Part shown: positions 38,191-50,281 of the stretch, piece after piece | How positions within the stretch are numbered: position 1 is the first letter of the stretch | How the letters are laid out: each line of letters begins with the position of its first letter | Assembly (NCBI RefSeq): GCF_024521635.1 | Contig: NW_026250404.1 | Coordinates: 868,001-932,000, forward strand | Direction of reading: 5' to 3' | Length of the DNA: 64,000 bases | DNA from: Tricharina praecox | Lineage: Eukaryota | The notes under the pieces: model-generated | Told to the model about the DNA's origin: nothing | The model's database searches: none | The model's input: the letters and a program-made list of their open reading frames with translations, nothing else | Made by a program: the position numbers and the translations under genes

Positions 38191-38821
38191 CCAGGTCAAA
38201 AGTTTTCGTACACCTCCCCAAAAGCGCCACCACACCACAGACATATATCTCTATAACACAACAACCACACTTAAGAGAATACTGATAATTAGCATATGTC
38301 ATGAATATATACTAATAAAGCTTCAATGAGATTTCCAGCTCGCTAGGATGATTACTTTATGCGAAGTAGGGTGGCTTGGCGGATTTCCCTTTCACCGAGG
38401 CAGGTCATTTCCCGCCATAGATACAGCAACCATAAGGTAGTATAAAAATATGTGGGCCATTAGAAGGTCTTCTAAATCAGGTAGAGAACCTCGATTGAAA
38501 TCGGCACATAATTCCAACTGGTGGTGGTTGAGTAATGCCGTATGGGAGAGAAGTTGGTGTTGAAACTGGTTGTCGCAATAATTTTGCATGGGGGCCCCAT
38601 ACAAAATCCGAAATCACTCTCCAACCCGTGCACAACACCGTACCAAGCGCCACCAATTCGAAGTAAAAGTTGTCAGACTTCTTATATGTGATGCATCTTA
38701 CGATTCTAAAGCTTCTATGAAAGACTCGATTTTTTTCCACCACGTGAAGGGTGGGTTTTGGTTACTTAAAAATGGGCATTTTTAGTGTAAAACGGCCATC
38801 GTACGAAAACTTTTGACCTAG
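38191..38821. mobile_element. Non-autonomous DNA transposon, 631 bp, 21-bp TIRs, TA TSD
   Basis: CCAGGTCAAAAGTTTTCGTAC at 38191-38211 and GTACGAAAACTTTTGACCTAG at 38801-38821 (1 mismatch); TA on both flanks; interior more AT-rich than the genes and without a transposase ORF. Confidence 0.8.
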
Positions 38822-41800
38822 TACTTTACATACAGCCCAACTGTCTTTCTGCTTTTTTCTCTCTCTCTCTTCTTACCGAACCCCTTCTTCTTCTTCATTC
38901 CCTCCCCCGCACCCGAAGGGTGCTAGGTGCTAACTAGTAACTATTCTCTTCGGGGCCCAGGACCGAGATCATGGGAATGGGAATGGCCCCACCACCCGCC
39001 AGTGGAGGCTAGTGGATGCCAGTGGAGGCCAGTGGAGGCCAGCAGTGGTGGTGGTGGTGGTAATGGTAGACATGCGATTTCCGCATACACACAAGGCGTG
39101 ACGATGACGATCCAAAGACTCCAAAGGCACAAGACAGCGACTGGGGGGGAGAGGGGGGAGAGGGGGGCATTGCATACGGCGGGCGGGCAAGGCCTGCACT
39201 CGGGCAGTGGTCCTGAGCCAATGGTGCACGAGTGGTGAGCGTTTTGTGTTAGTTAAGTGCGATTCCCGCTGCTGAGCATTAGCTGAGTGTACATACACAA
39301 GACAAGATAAGCAGCGCCGCCCCCCCCCTTTCCCTCCGAGGTTACTCATGGAGAGTCGGTCAAGAGGAAGATGGGGGGGGCGACGACGGACAAATCCGAT
39401 TCGGCTCGGAGTCTCGGACACTTAATATTTCAACCGTAAGTAAGTGTCGTATTTGTCATTATTTATTGCTTATAAAAAGAAGAAGAAAACAAAGTTTCGA
39501 CAGCCGACTCGACGGGGAGGGGGGAGGGGGGTAAAAGGGCGGGAATTTTGTCCAGCTGAACATCTGCATCCCACGATCTTGGCTATATCCAGTTATAGGA
39601 CGAGCTAACTACTAACTATAGTTAATACTAATAGTGGTAAAGATGAGATTGATACCCATCCGTATTGAGATCGACAGGGGGCGTAGCGAGAGGCGATTGA
39701 TTGACATGTACATACTCTACTCTACTCTACTCTACCCACCGCAGGGGGAACCAGCAAGGGTTTCGGGTTCAACCCACAAGCTGGTGGAGAGGAGAGACGT
39801 CGAGAGAATGAGAGTGAGAGTGCGAGAGACACCAGTGATGTTGATTCTTGTCGGTTTCTTGGCTACGATGGCACGTGGGGGCTACAAAGGCACAAAGGGG
39901 GGCGCGTGCACTGTGCTGAGTGCTCGCAAAGCCGCGAATCCCTCGGAGTCTCGGAGTCGTAGATAACATGGGGTTGGGTTGCTGGACTTTGGGGGCTGCT
40001 GGGTCTCAACCGGAGTTGAGGACTATACCGGTACCGCGTATAGGTTCCTAGGCCCAAACTACTCCCTACGCAGGTAGTATGTAGGGCACTCCAGCTCTCC
40101 GTCGCACCTACTACGGTAATGGTCACAGCGAGCAGTTGGCTGTGTATAGACAACGCATGTGGCAGTCCATATCATGAGACACACGCAGTGCACACCGTAA
40201 CATAGGTATGTACTCTGTACTCTACACGCTTACTCTACTTTCCCATCCGATCCTCAGTCAATGACAATGCCACCTGTATATCGGTATCCAGGGCAAGAGA
40301 GACACGGCAGAGCACGACTGCGAGTGAACTGCCGGCGAGTTCAGTCCTCTGTGGGGACCACCGGTGTGAACATGTGCTTCATTCAAGCTCTCACGCGGCG
40401 GGCCGCCGCCGCCGCGACACAAAGATCTATAATTCCGCATCTTGCTTGCGGCGCAGGGCTCGCACTACACACCATGCAGAAACCCATTTGCCGTGGCTCC
40501 GTGGCTGTCACTCGAATTCTCATCAGGATTTTCGATATAAACCGTCTGATATGAGAGAATTGCCATGGGCTGGTTGGAATGGATAGGTAATGTAAGCTTC
40601 ATCTGGTTCCGTTGACATTGACATTGACGCTGCTCGAACCGGTACGTCGATAGAGAAGACTGATACCTTTGATACCTATCGACCTACCGTACTCTACATT
40701 CGTGCTAGAGGAGATATCAGCACACCACAGCACAACCGGCGGTCTCGATACAAAGATACCGAATTGCGCTACGTGGCACCATGCAAACACCATCTGCGTT
40801 CTCTCCGCGTCCTCCTCAGCCGGAATCGCTGCGTCGGCCAGTCTCTCGAAGGACTGTGCCGGCTACGCTTTCGGTCAGCCCTAAAGCCGATGGGACGCCG
40901 GTCGACCAAAAGAGGGCTAGGGTTATTACTATCTAGTATTAAGGTTCGCTCTGATGGCTGATTCCCTCTTTACCTGTTCATCTTCTTCATCTTCTTCTTC
41001 ATGGCAACTCTCTCTCGTGCCAGTCTTCGGCGGCGGCGGCAGACCCGCGTGTGTTAGACTCTACCGGCATACAGTACACATCATACATGTGCATATGTGA
41101 AGCTCTAGTGGGCTCGCTTCCGCATCCTGACAGTCGGTATGATATGATTGTGCTTTCCATGCGTCGCACGATAGGTGGTGAAGACGGGTGCAAAAGATGC
41201 GGCAGGTCTAGGTCAGACTTGTGAGCGGAAAGGCATTCTGTTTACACTCCAGCAGGGATAACTACAGCTTCGATGCTCGTACATGAGATGTGTGCCCTAT
41301 CGACGTGCAACCGACGTGCAAACTCTAGGAGCACAGCAGTACATACGTACTTGCATATCTTCTCATCATCGTCCGCTTGAATACCGGTACGCTGTCACCA
41401 TCACATCTCTTTCCCCTGGGCCACGGTGTCCAGCAGAGCATGCACGAGCACCACCACTCTACTATGGTCACCGCAGCGTCGAAAAGGCTGCCAGGTAAAA
41501 ACCCCTCACGATGGGGACTTCATGTCCCCCCTTCCCACCCGGTAATCTCTCCGGGAATCTCTCTGGGAGTAATCCACATGCGTGGTCTGCTGGGTCACAC
41601 TGTATCACTCAGTAACGTGAGCTCTTGCACTTGACCGAAACATGCAGAATTTTGGTATCCAGTGTCGTCAGCAGCCGCATGCAGGGCAGTTTACGATCGA
41701 TCAACCCGAATTTAAGCGACAAGTTCGGCCGACGTCAGCAGATTGATTGGGGGGGTGCAAACAACAACCGCGGCCAATCAGTCTCGGTGGCGCTTACCTA

Positions 41801-44215
41801 CTTAATGTACCTGCCAGTTCCACTGCCGCAACTGGCAAGGAGATTAAAGCCCTGCAGCCGGCTAATATGTTTCCACTTATCGTGGCCGCCGGTTAGACAA
41901 AACAGCAAGCGCCCGGGGTGGAGAACCAAGTGCCGGCATTCTGCTGTACACCGGTGCCAATCTGTGGGTCGGCAATTTAAAAACTTCACCTCACTAGCTA
42001 CCTTGTACGGTACCACATCCAACGCAGGGCAGCTCGGTTCGTCCCGTTACGATTCGGACCGGCGTGCGATCCGGAAAGCTGCATGACCATGTATGTACAC
42101 ACATGTGTATGGTACATATACTTTCCCACCTACCTACTACTTTTCCACCTACTTACATCTGCGGTGGCCGTACATACAATGGCTGGGAGGCCTCTTGCTT
42201 TGCTCCATTGCCGCTGAGCTGTGCGCCACTGCTTCCTCCAAATTCCCCTTCGGTCTTCCACTTTCTTTAGCTTTTCCCCTTCCTATCAGTTGCCCGTTCT
42301 GGGCGCAGTGGCTGGATACTAACGCCCGCTTTTCTGCTGAGCTGGAAGTATGTATGTATGTATATCAAACATACACACATATACACACATGCACATATAT
42401 GTACACACGCACAAGATGACTGCGTCAAGTTTCAACGCTGTCTTGCAGCGGCGGCGCACCCGATGAGGATGCGGTGAGACGGCGGTTTTTTTTCACTTTT
42501 TGGGGGGGGAGCACACATCGGAGTATGTACCGGTAGAGACGAGATGGGGTCACACACCGCTCACCCCATTTCGAGGTTTTTGTTTTTTGGGGTTGTTTTT
42601 AGTTTTTTTGAGGGTGGGAGTTTGCCCACAGCCTACGGGTGGTATATCATATATCGGCTCGGATTATTCGGTATGCGATTGATGGAGGTCATATTTTTGC
42701 TCGCCATCGGCTGAGAATTACATACTCACTCTGCTCCACATGGAAGGGGGGGACGACGAGTTGTCGAGCTACGGAAAATGGAAAACTGTGTAGTTTCTCT
42801 GCCTAGTAGACGACCGATCCCGTGAGATTCCGTGAGCGATTTGTGCGGCGAAGGAACAAACGGGCTAATCTCCGTGCAGCTGGTGGTGCTGGTGCTGGTG
42901 GACCTGGTGGTGGTGGGGAAGAACCGAGTGATGGGAGGATCACTAGCAGCGGAAGTTGTTCTACCTATGGTATGTACATAACCACGGTGGGTGTGTAGGT
43001 ACTCTATCTAGGTAGGTACTAGTCGCTGCCATTCCAAGTAAACAATCGCCGCTCTCCCGTTCAGCTATCACATCACACCATATCATTCATACCAGTACGG
43101 TATCTCCCTCAGATGTGATAACGGTACACTTCATCGTGCGTCCGCCCTCCGCACTTCGCCCGGAGTGCGGGCCCAGACCAAGGCGAACACGCTCACTCGG
43201 AATACCTATCTACCCAACTATGTATCTACCATATGGGCATTCGTTCCTGTCGATATCGCCCCATATGTAGAAGGGATTTCGCAAGTAGGGTTATGTTGTG
43301 GTTTTTGGCGGGGCGCGGGGGTAGCGGGGGTGGCGGGGCGCGGGGCGGCGCTACTGGTAAGGCAGTAGCGCCGCCCCTCCCCCGCCCACCTTGTGTTGAA
43401 CACAGCTAATAGCTATTCGCGGTCTCCCGTGATAACTTGGTAGGTAGTCCGCGCCGATAGGCTGGGACTCGAGATATGTACTTAAGATGTATGTACTTGC
43501 TTCCGAATTTTCGCCCTTCTCCGTCGTCGGCGTCGGTACCCCCGCGCGGCGAATGTATGTACATTGTACCTATCGGACGCGAAGTACCTACCAGCGAAAA
43601 TGGCGTGAGTGATTTCGAGACCACTAGGTAGAGTACTCTATGTAGGTGCATATTTACATAAATACTTATCCCAGGTAGTCCAGTGTACCGTAGCGTAGGG
43701 AATGGACGAGCTCAGAGCTCCGAGACAGCACTCTACATAGGTCCGACTGAAGTACCAAGTATCTATCGTATCTAGATAACCATATTGAATCACTCGCACT
43801 GCCCCGCGAGAGCCAACCAAACAACGTGAAGAGGTGCTCCGTTGGATCAGGATCAGGATCTCCGCACGCACGTGCGATAGATAGGTTACATTGACTCGGT
43901 TTTTCGAGTGATATTCTATGAGCAATGTCACTCCTGTCTACATATTGCGCGAATAGCCTCCTGTAGCTTATACGTGACATCTGGCCATTTGAGCGGTAGT
44001 CGGAAAGGTCCGCTCAAGTAAATACAATCCTCCAATTCAAGAGTTATACGTTGAGCGCGGATTGTCGTGTAGGTCACATGATATTGTGTCATTATCCTCG
44101 GCCTGAGCGTGCTTACTCCGGCACGACACCCATGCACTTGCATGTAAGTAACCGCGACACCACCGACCTCCGACTTCTTCACCTTCACACTGCGGACACT
44201 CACAACACCCAAGCC

Positions 44216-46044
44216 ATGTCGCAACAACAAACCGGTGCACACCTGATCGCCGAGACCCTGCGTGCCCTCGAGGTCCCCGTGATCTTCGGCATTGTCGGTA
44301 TTCCGGTCATCGAGGTCGCCGATGCCTGTATCGCTGCCGGCATCCGCTTCATCTCCTTCCGGAACGAACAAGCTGCCTCGTACGCTGCTACGGCTTATGG
44401 CTACCTCACGGGCCGTCCCGGTGTGTGTCTAGTAGTCGGCGGACCAGGTGTGCTTCACGCAATGGCTGGAGTTCGTACTTCCCCTTCCAGTTACCCATAG
44501 CTACTTAGCTAGCTATCCCGGCAATGCTGACACGAGTGAAGGTAGGAAACTCAATGGTCAACACCACCTTTCCGCTCCTGCTTCTCGCCGGCGCCGCTCC
44601 GACAGGCGACAGTACAACGAAGGGCTCCTTCCAGCAGTTAGACCAAGTTGCGTTGCTGGCGCCGCACACGAAGCTTGCGCTGCGCCCACCGTCGCTCGAG
44701 CAGCTTCCCAACGCCATCAGGGACGCCTATCGTGCCGCCTTCTATGGTCGTCCGGGCGCCACCTACGTCGACCTTCCCGCAGACTACATCCAAGCACCCA
44801 TCCCATCGTCTCCCAGCCGCATTTCCGCCGTCGAGCAGGCACCAAAGATCCTCGCCGATCCGGAAAGAATCCGCGCTATCACCGCCGCCCTCGCAGCGTC
44901 CAAATCGCCGCTCGTCATAATCGGCAAAGGCGCGGCATACGCACGGGCAGAGGCGGATATCCGCGGGTTCGTAGACGCGACACAGATCCCGTTCCTGCCC
45001 ACGCCACAGGGGAAGGGCGTGGTACCGGATTCTCATCCGCTCAACACTTCCGCAGCACGCTCCGCCACGCTCAAGGGTGCCGACTTCATCCTACTAATCG
45101 GTGCGAGAGTGAATTGGATCCTGCATTTCGGTACGCGTTTTAGGTCCGGCGCCAAGATCGCACAGGTCGACATTTGTGCCGAGGAACTCGGTCGCAACGG
45201 TGTCGACAGTAGTCTCTCCGTAATCGGAGATATTTCTGCCGTGCTAGCACAGCTGCGCGAGCAACTAGGCGGATATGCACACCCATCTTCCTCGCCATGG
45301 CGAGGGGCGATCCACGAGAGCAGTACGGCAAACACACGGAAAGCACGAGTAAAAGAAGATGCCGTAACAGCTCCTGGGGAGCGCCTTAGCTACCAACGCA
45401 CCTTCCGCATAGTCGAAGACGCATTGCTACAGCTCGCTGCTTCCCCAGAACAGCTGGTGTACGTGAGCGAAGGTGCAAACACGATGGACATCTCACGCTC
45501 CATCTTCTCCATCGCCGCCCCGCGCCAACGGCTGGATGCAGGCACGTACGCGACTATGGGAGTAGGCTTGGGCTACGCCATTGCCGCGGAGATGGCATAC
45601 AACCACTCGCCCTCATCCTCATCCTCACCCAAGCGCGTAATCGCGATAGAAGGCGACTCCGCACTCGGGTTCTCACTCGCCGAGATTGAAACCATGGCGC
45701 GGTACCGCCTGCCCATCATCATCATGGTCATGAACAACGGGGGCGTTTACCACGGCATCAGCGATGACACCACGGAGTTTCGCGAGGTGTGGGAGAAGGA
45801 TGAGAGGAGATTGGAGGGTACTTTGCCATCGACTGCGCTGGGCTTCGAGACGGAATATGACGTCGTCGCGAGAGGGTTAGGGGCAAAAGGATGGAGGGTG
45901 GAGACCGAGGAGGAGCTGAAGAGTGCCGTCGAGGAGGCTTGGAAGCATCAGGGCCCCAGCTTGTTGAATGTGATTATTCGGAGTGGTGCTGGGGGGAAAT
46001 TGAGCTTTGGCTGGTTGGAGAAGAAGGAGGGGGCGAAGTTGTAG
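44216..46044 (+). CDS. HACL1: Peroxisomal 2-hydroxyacyl-CoA lyase / oxalyl-CoA decarboxylase family TPP enzyme (yeast Pxp1-like)
   Basis: Exons 44216-44470 and 44542-46044; [76 protein letters not shown] motif GDSA..NNGG; C-terminal AKL (PTS1). Confidence 0.93.
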
Positions 46045-46646
46045 CCGGGATACGGACTTTTGATAACGGAATAATACCAGACAACAAAGGCGATTAGAAT
46101 TGTGCTTTTCTACCAACTACCTGTTAATTTCTCTCCATAATGGGGCATGTGCCGCGCTTCCACTTCAAGTATTTGCAAGGGGGAGGAAACGGAATAAACC
46201 ATAAAGAATCTCCCTTTGCCGGGACATAACAAGCACCAGAACCATAAGCCAGCACTCGACGAATAGGACGTATTCCAGTTTCCCGCTCTGTGGTGACACA
46301 GATCACTACAGTAGCAACCGGAGTGTTCGGAGCGTTTGCCGCTGGAATCTCGCATCAGGAGTACAGTAGAATACATAAGTGAAACCGTCTGTATGAGTCC
46401 TTCGAACCTTCGAACTCCAGTAGCCGCTCTGATAACTTACGGCACCGCAAACGAAAGGAAAGGAAACGAAAGGAAAATCTTCCGCCATCCAGAACCCCCT
46501 CGCATTTCAAACACCACCTTCCGCCATACCCGCCGGCCACCCCCTTTCCTACACAGCCTACAAGCAGCACTAGTAACAACCGTCTTCACCACCTCACCAT
46601 CAGCCCGTACTATAGTAACCATACGCGTTCTCCCCAGCTCTAGGTC

Positions 46647-47063
46647 TCAAATCCGCGTGACTGCCGCGGCCTTTGCCGGCATACGAGGAAACGCAGGTGC
46701 GAGGAGCGGGAAGAAGACCGGTTTGGACGGGAGAACGGTCACTGTGCTCAGCGTTGTTGCGATGATGGTTGTTCCGCCGGAATGCGGGATAGTTGATGAG
46801 GAAGTGGAAGTGGAAGTGGAAGTGGAAGGGCTGGGTGTGGACGGCGGCGGTGGCGGCTGCGAGGTGCTGCTGCTGCTACTGGGCTTGGACGGCGTGGTGG
46901 ATGGCTTTGATGTTGAGGGCGTGGGTGTGGTAGAGGTTGTCGAGGTGGTGGTGGGAGTGCCCGCGACTGTTCGTGTGATGGTGAAATCGGTTGGAAATCC
47001 GAATTGCGCGCTGACGAGTGAGAGGGACGCCAGAATACTGGCGAGAAGAAAGGTGGACTTCAT
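46647..47063 (-). CDS. Small secreted Ser/Thr/Pro-rich protein
   Basis: Signal peptide MKSTFLLASILASLSLVSAQ; mucin-like S/T/P tract; TATAAA ~140 bp upstream on the - strand. Confidence 0.75.
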   Translation of the reverse strand: MKSTFLLASILASLSLVSAQFGFPTDFTITRTVAGTPTTTSTTSTTPTPSTSKPSTTPSKPSSSSSTSQPPPPPSTPSPSTSTSTSTSSSTIPHSGGTTIIATTLSTVTVLPSKPVFFPLLAPAFPRMPAKAAAVTRI

Positions 47064-47838
47064 GGTGTCGAAAGAGCGAAGAAGGTAGCTGAGTGTGTAC
47101 GAAAACCGAACGACCGCTGGACGGTTCGACGAATGAGTGTGGATGAAGTTCTTGATAGTTAAGGCCAAGGAGAGCCGAAAGGTGGATGGGAAGTCGGTTT
47201 TATATCTGGGCTCAATAGGCGGAGATTTGCTGCGATCCCCCTAAGGCACCCCGTATTATTTGCCATGTTGGGTGTGTTCGCGGAAGCAATAGAGATGCGA
47301 CATGACCATGGCCATGCCTGCGGCCGAAATCCCCCATTGCTGATGGACTGTGGCCCGATTACCCCGGATTTCATCTGGAGCAGGCGGCTTCCGTAGTCAA
47401 TTGATTGCTCCGATAGTAGTCACCAAGTGCCAACAAGCGAACACTCATCATCTCGGGAGTCAGAACCCTGATATTATAATTATGGCTACTTGATGTACCT
47501 ATTGTGCCATAATCCCAAGCTGCTGGTCTTTACAAACTCGGCGCCGTATCCTAAGCCTGAAACCACGGTGCATCACGTTGAAAGCCAACCACAAAAGTAT
47601 ATAGTGGCTTGTAGAGTGCTTCCTATGCAGTCTGGTGGTTGGATATTGTGGCTGAGCGGAAAGTCTAGTTACATAAGGTCAATGTGACTGTGGCGCTCGT
47701 GACACGAGTGATGGTATGGATGAATAGCCGACTGCGTGTACCGAGGTTCGGTCAACTCCCTGCAATATGGCTCAGCGAATATCCCCCCAGTCCTCTACGC
47801 TCTTCCTCCTACTGCTCTCTATATTTCAGCAAACCGAA

Positions 47839-48954
47839 ATGATGTCCTCCGACTACAGCACACCAATTGATACCCCTGAAGGAGCGCCGCCTGCAGAGAC
47901 CAAGGAGCAGTCTACACCCTCGACTCTCGTTGAAGGAGCAGCTGTCACATTGGTCAAGGAGGGGACCAAAGACGAAGGCGTTCACTATTCCGCGCAGTTG
48001 AGGAGCGACTGGTGTATCGGTGTCGGCAAGGCTATCATTTACCTCCACCGGTCCCGCAGATCATTCGCTTACATCGCACGCGCACAGTCCCGCACGGCGG
48101 CTACCTAACCACCGTCCTGATCAATGTCTCAACGCACTACTTCATCCACTCCAGCGTCGCCAAAGCCCTCGACCAGCCGCACGCCATCCACAGTGCGCTC
48201 ACATTCATAACGCGCTGCTCGATCGGGCCCGCCACGATCCACGTCACGCCACTGAAGCTGGGCCGGCAGTACTCGTTCGTACGCATAGTCCTGCGCCAGA
48301 ACGGCCATGTCTGCATCGATGCCACCATAACGCACGCATGCATCTCACGGGAAACCGGTGCGACGCTGGAAACGCGCGGGATGGGCGCGTATCCTGACCT
48401 TCCGGACCGCGTACGGGACTGCAAGGAGATGCGGTTGTCACAGGATCCCTCCTTGGTTTTCCGCGTTGCCACGTCGAAGCTGAAGTATTGTTTCCCTATA
48501 GAGGGGAAGTACGGTTTTGGGCGTGCCGGGATGGGGCCGAGCATCAGGGAGCAGTGGGTGGCGCTCGATGACGGCTCCGGCAAACGGTTTGGCGTCGCAG
48601 ATTTGGGCTTCTTGTGTGATATGGTGAGACTCCGCCGCCTATCCCGTGAGAAGACGCGAACGGGCTAACGTGCGGAAGTTTATTCCCATTCCTGAGAACT
48701 ATCCTCAGACAAAGCGGCTACACTGGTATCCCACGCTGTCACTATCGCTAGACGTTAAAGCGCTACCGCCGAAGGAAGGGTGGGAATGGCTGTATTGCCG
48801 TATTGAGAGCTCGGTAATCCGCGGTGGCCGTATGGATATAGACGTAGTGATTTGCGACGAGGACTCAAACATCGTGGCGATCAGTAGACACGTAGCAGTT
48901 GTCGTCGATTCCGCAAGGAATACGGCGAAACAGGCGCCGGTGGCAAAGTTATAA
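47839..48954 (+). CDS. Peroxisomal acyl-CoA thioesterase-like protein (double hot-dog fold)
   Basis: Exons 47839-48025, 48088-48623, 48679-48954; DWCIGxVPHGGY, LKLGRQYS, FLCDM, WYPTLSLSLDVK, GRMDIDVVICDE..VAISRH; C-terminal AKL (PTS1). Confidence 0.88.
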
Positions 48955-49653
48955 GTACTTGGCTACCGGTGGGAGCGGAATGTATATACATTAGCTTTGG
49001 TTTATATGAAATGGATACCCTATAGATAGACAGCAATGATACTTGCTATTTGGATTGCCATGTTCTGGCTCGCCGTTGTTTCGGACGTTGTATCGATTAT
49101 GGGCTTGGGCAGGTCCCCACAGTGCACATGTTCGATGGTATGTGCTTTAGCCGTTAAGCACTTTACTATTACCCTCTCCCTCCTTCGTTCCTTCCTTGGT
49201 CCACCGTCAACTCTATAGGAACCAACCATGTCTCCCTTCCCACGAAGAGTAAACTTTACAGTGCCCCCAGACTCCAGTCTCTCGTTTTCATTCCCATCCT
49301 CGGTCTCTCCCTCCCGCTGAAAGGCAAGGCAAGGTATGCAAGGAATCAATCCGAAACCTGCCGATACGCGAAAGCCGGGAATGGTGTCGAACTGTGGGGT
49401 GCTGTATGTCTGCATGTATGAGGTATGTACCTGCATTGGCGAAACATAGATTGATAGATAGATGATTAGATTAAAGTTCCATCTGCCGCTGACTTCTGCA
49501 GGTTTATGGTTTATCCTGACAACCCAACTACCCCCACCAAGATGGCAAGACCGAGCTGCGGGGAAGGGAAGGGAAGGAAGCTACGGTAAACGCCCATCGA
49601 CACGGACGTGAGTGGCGTTCGAGGGAACGGCCCCGGCGAGCCTTAAACGCCGG

Positions 49654-49865
49654 TGTGGCGGAGCGAGAGGATATCAGGGAGCGAGAGGAGGAGCTGTCTG
49701 CGGGAAAAAACGAATGTGGTTAGTAGTGGGCATCAACGTTGGCGGGCATGGTGGGGTCTTTTTCTTCTTTTTCTTCTTCTTCTCCTTCTCCATCCCCTTC
49801 TCCTTTCTTGATCATCATCTATCGAATAGACAGACAACCTCTATCTCGCTCTTTCTTCTATGTGT
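49654..49865. repeat. Dispersed decayed repeat, copy 2 (copy 1 at 20609-20867)
   Basis: Same ordered blocks as copy 1, with a differently expanded CT-rich middle. Confidence 0.85.
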
Positions 49866-50211
49866 GCTCTCTTATGGATCCCGTCTCCGGCCTGGAGGTG
49901 TGTTGGCAAAAGATCTATCTGCAAAGCCATACTTCAGATTATTGGATATTCGGAAGGGAAATATCCCCATTCAATATCGCAAAGTCATCAGAGGCTAATG
50001 ACGACTACCGATCATTAAAGGTCATCGACATGCGGCTCCAAGGGGTGATCCAGAATTGGCGTTGAACTTGTGTCTTCCGCAGAGAGATGAAGTGGTGTTT
50101 GAAACTCAGACGGGACATCGGCGGTTCACGCACTTATAACATCACGGATAGGCACGGAGCTATTGCATCGAGGTCGTATTTCAGGAATCAAGGCTACCGG
50201 ATCACATTGCA

Positions 50212-50281
50212 CCTCAAGACATCTCTGCCATTCGAAACGCCGGTCCTCAAGACATCTCTGCCATTCGAAACGCCGGTCCTC
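50212..50281. repeat. Perfect 33-bp tandem duplication
   Basis: cctcaagacatctctgccattcgaaacgccggt x2. Confidence 0.9.

Noticed and set aside
44040..44545. TPP riboswitch in the leader or intron of the TPP-dependent lyase
   Set aside because: No TPP aptamer consensus visible and the intron is only 71 nt; an Infernal search with the TPP model would settle it
50212..50281. 33-bp direct repeat as a CRISPR array
   Set aside because: Two adjacent copies without spacer, eukaryotic context, no cas genes
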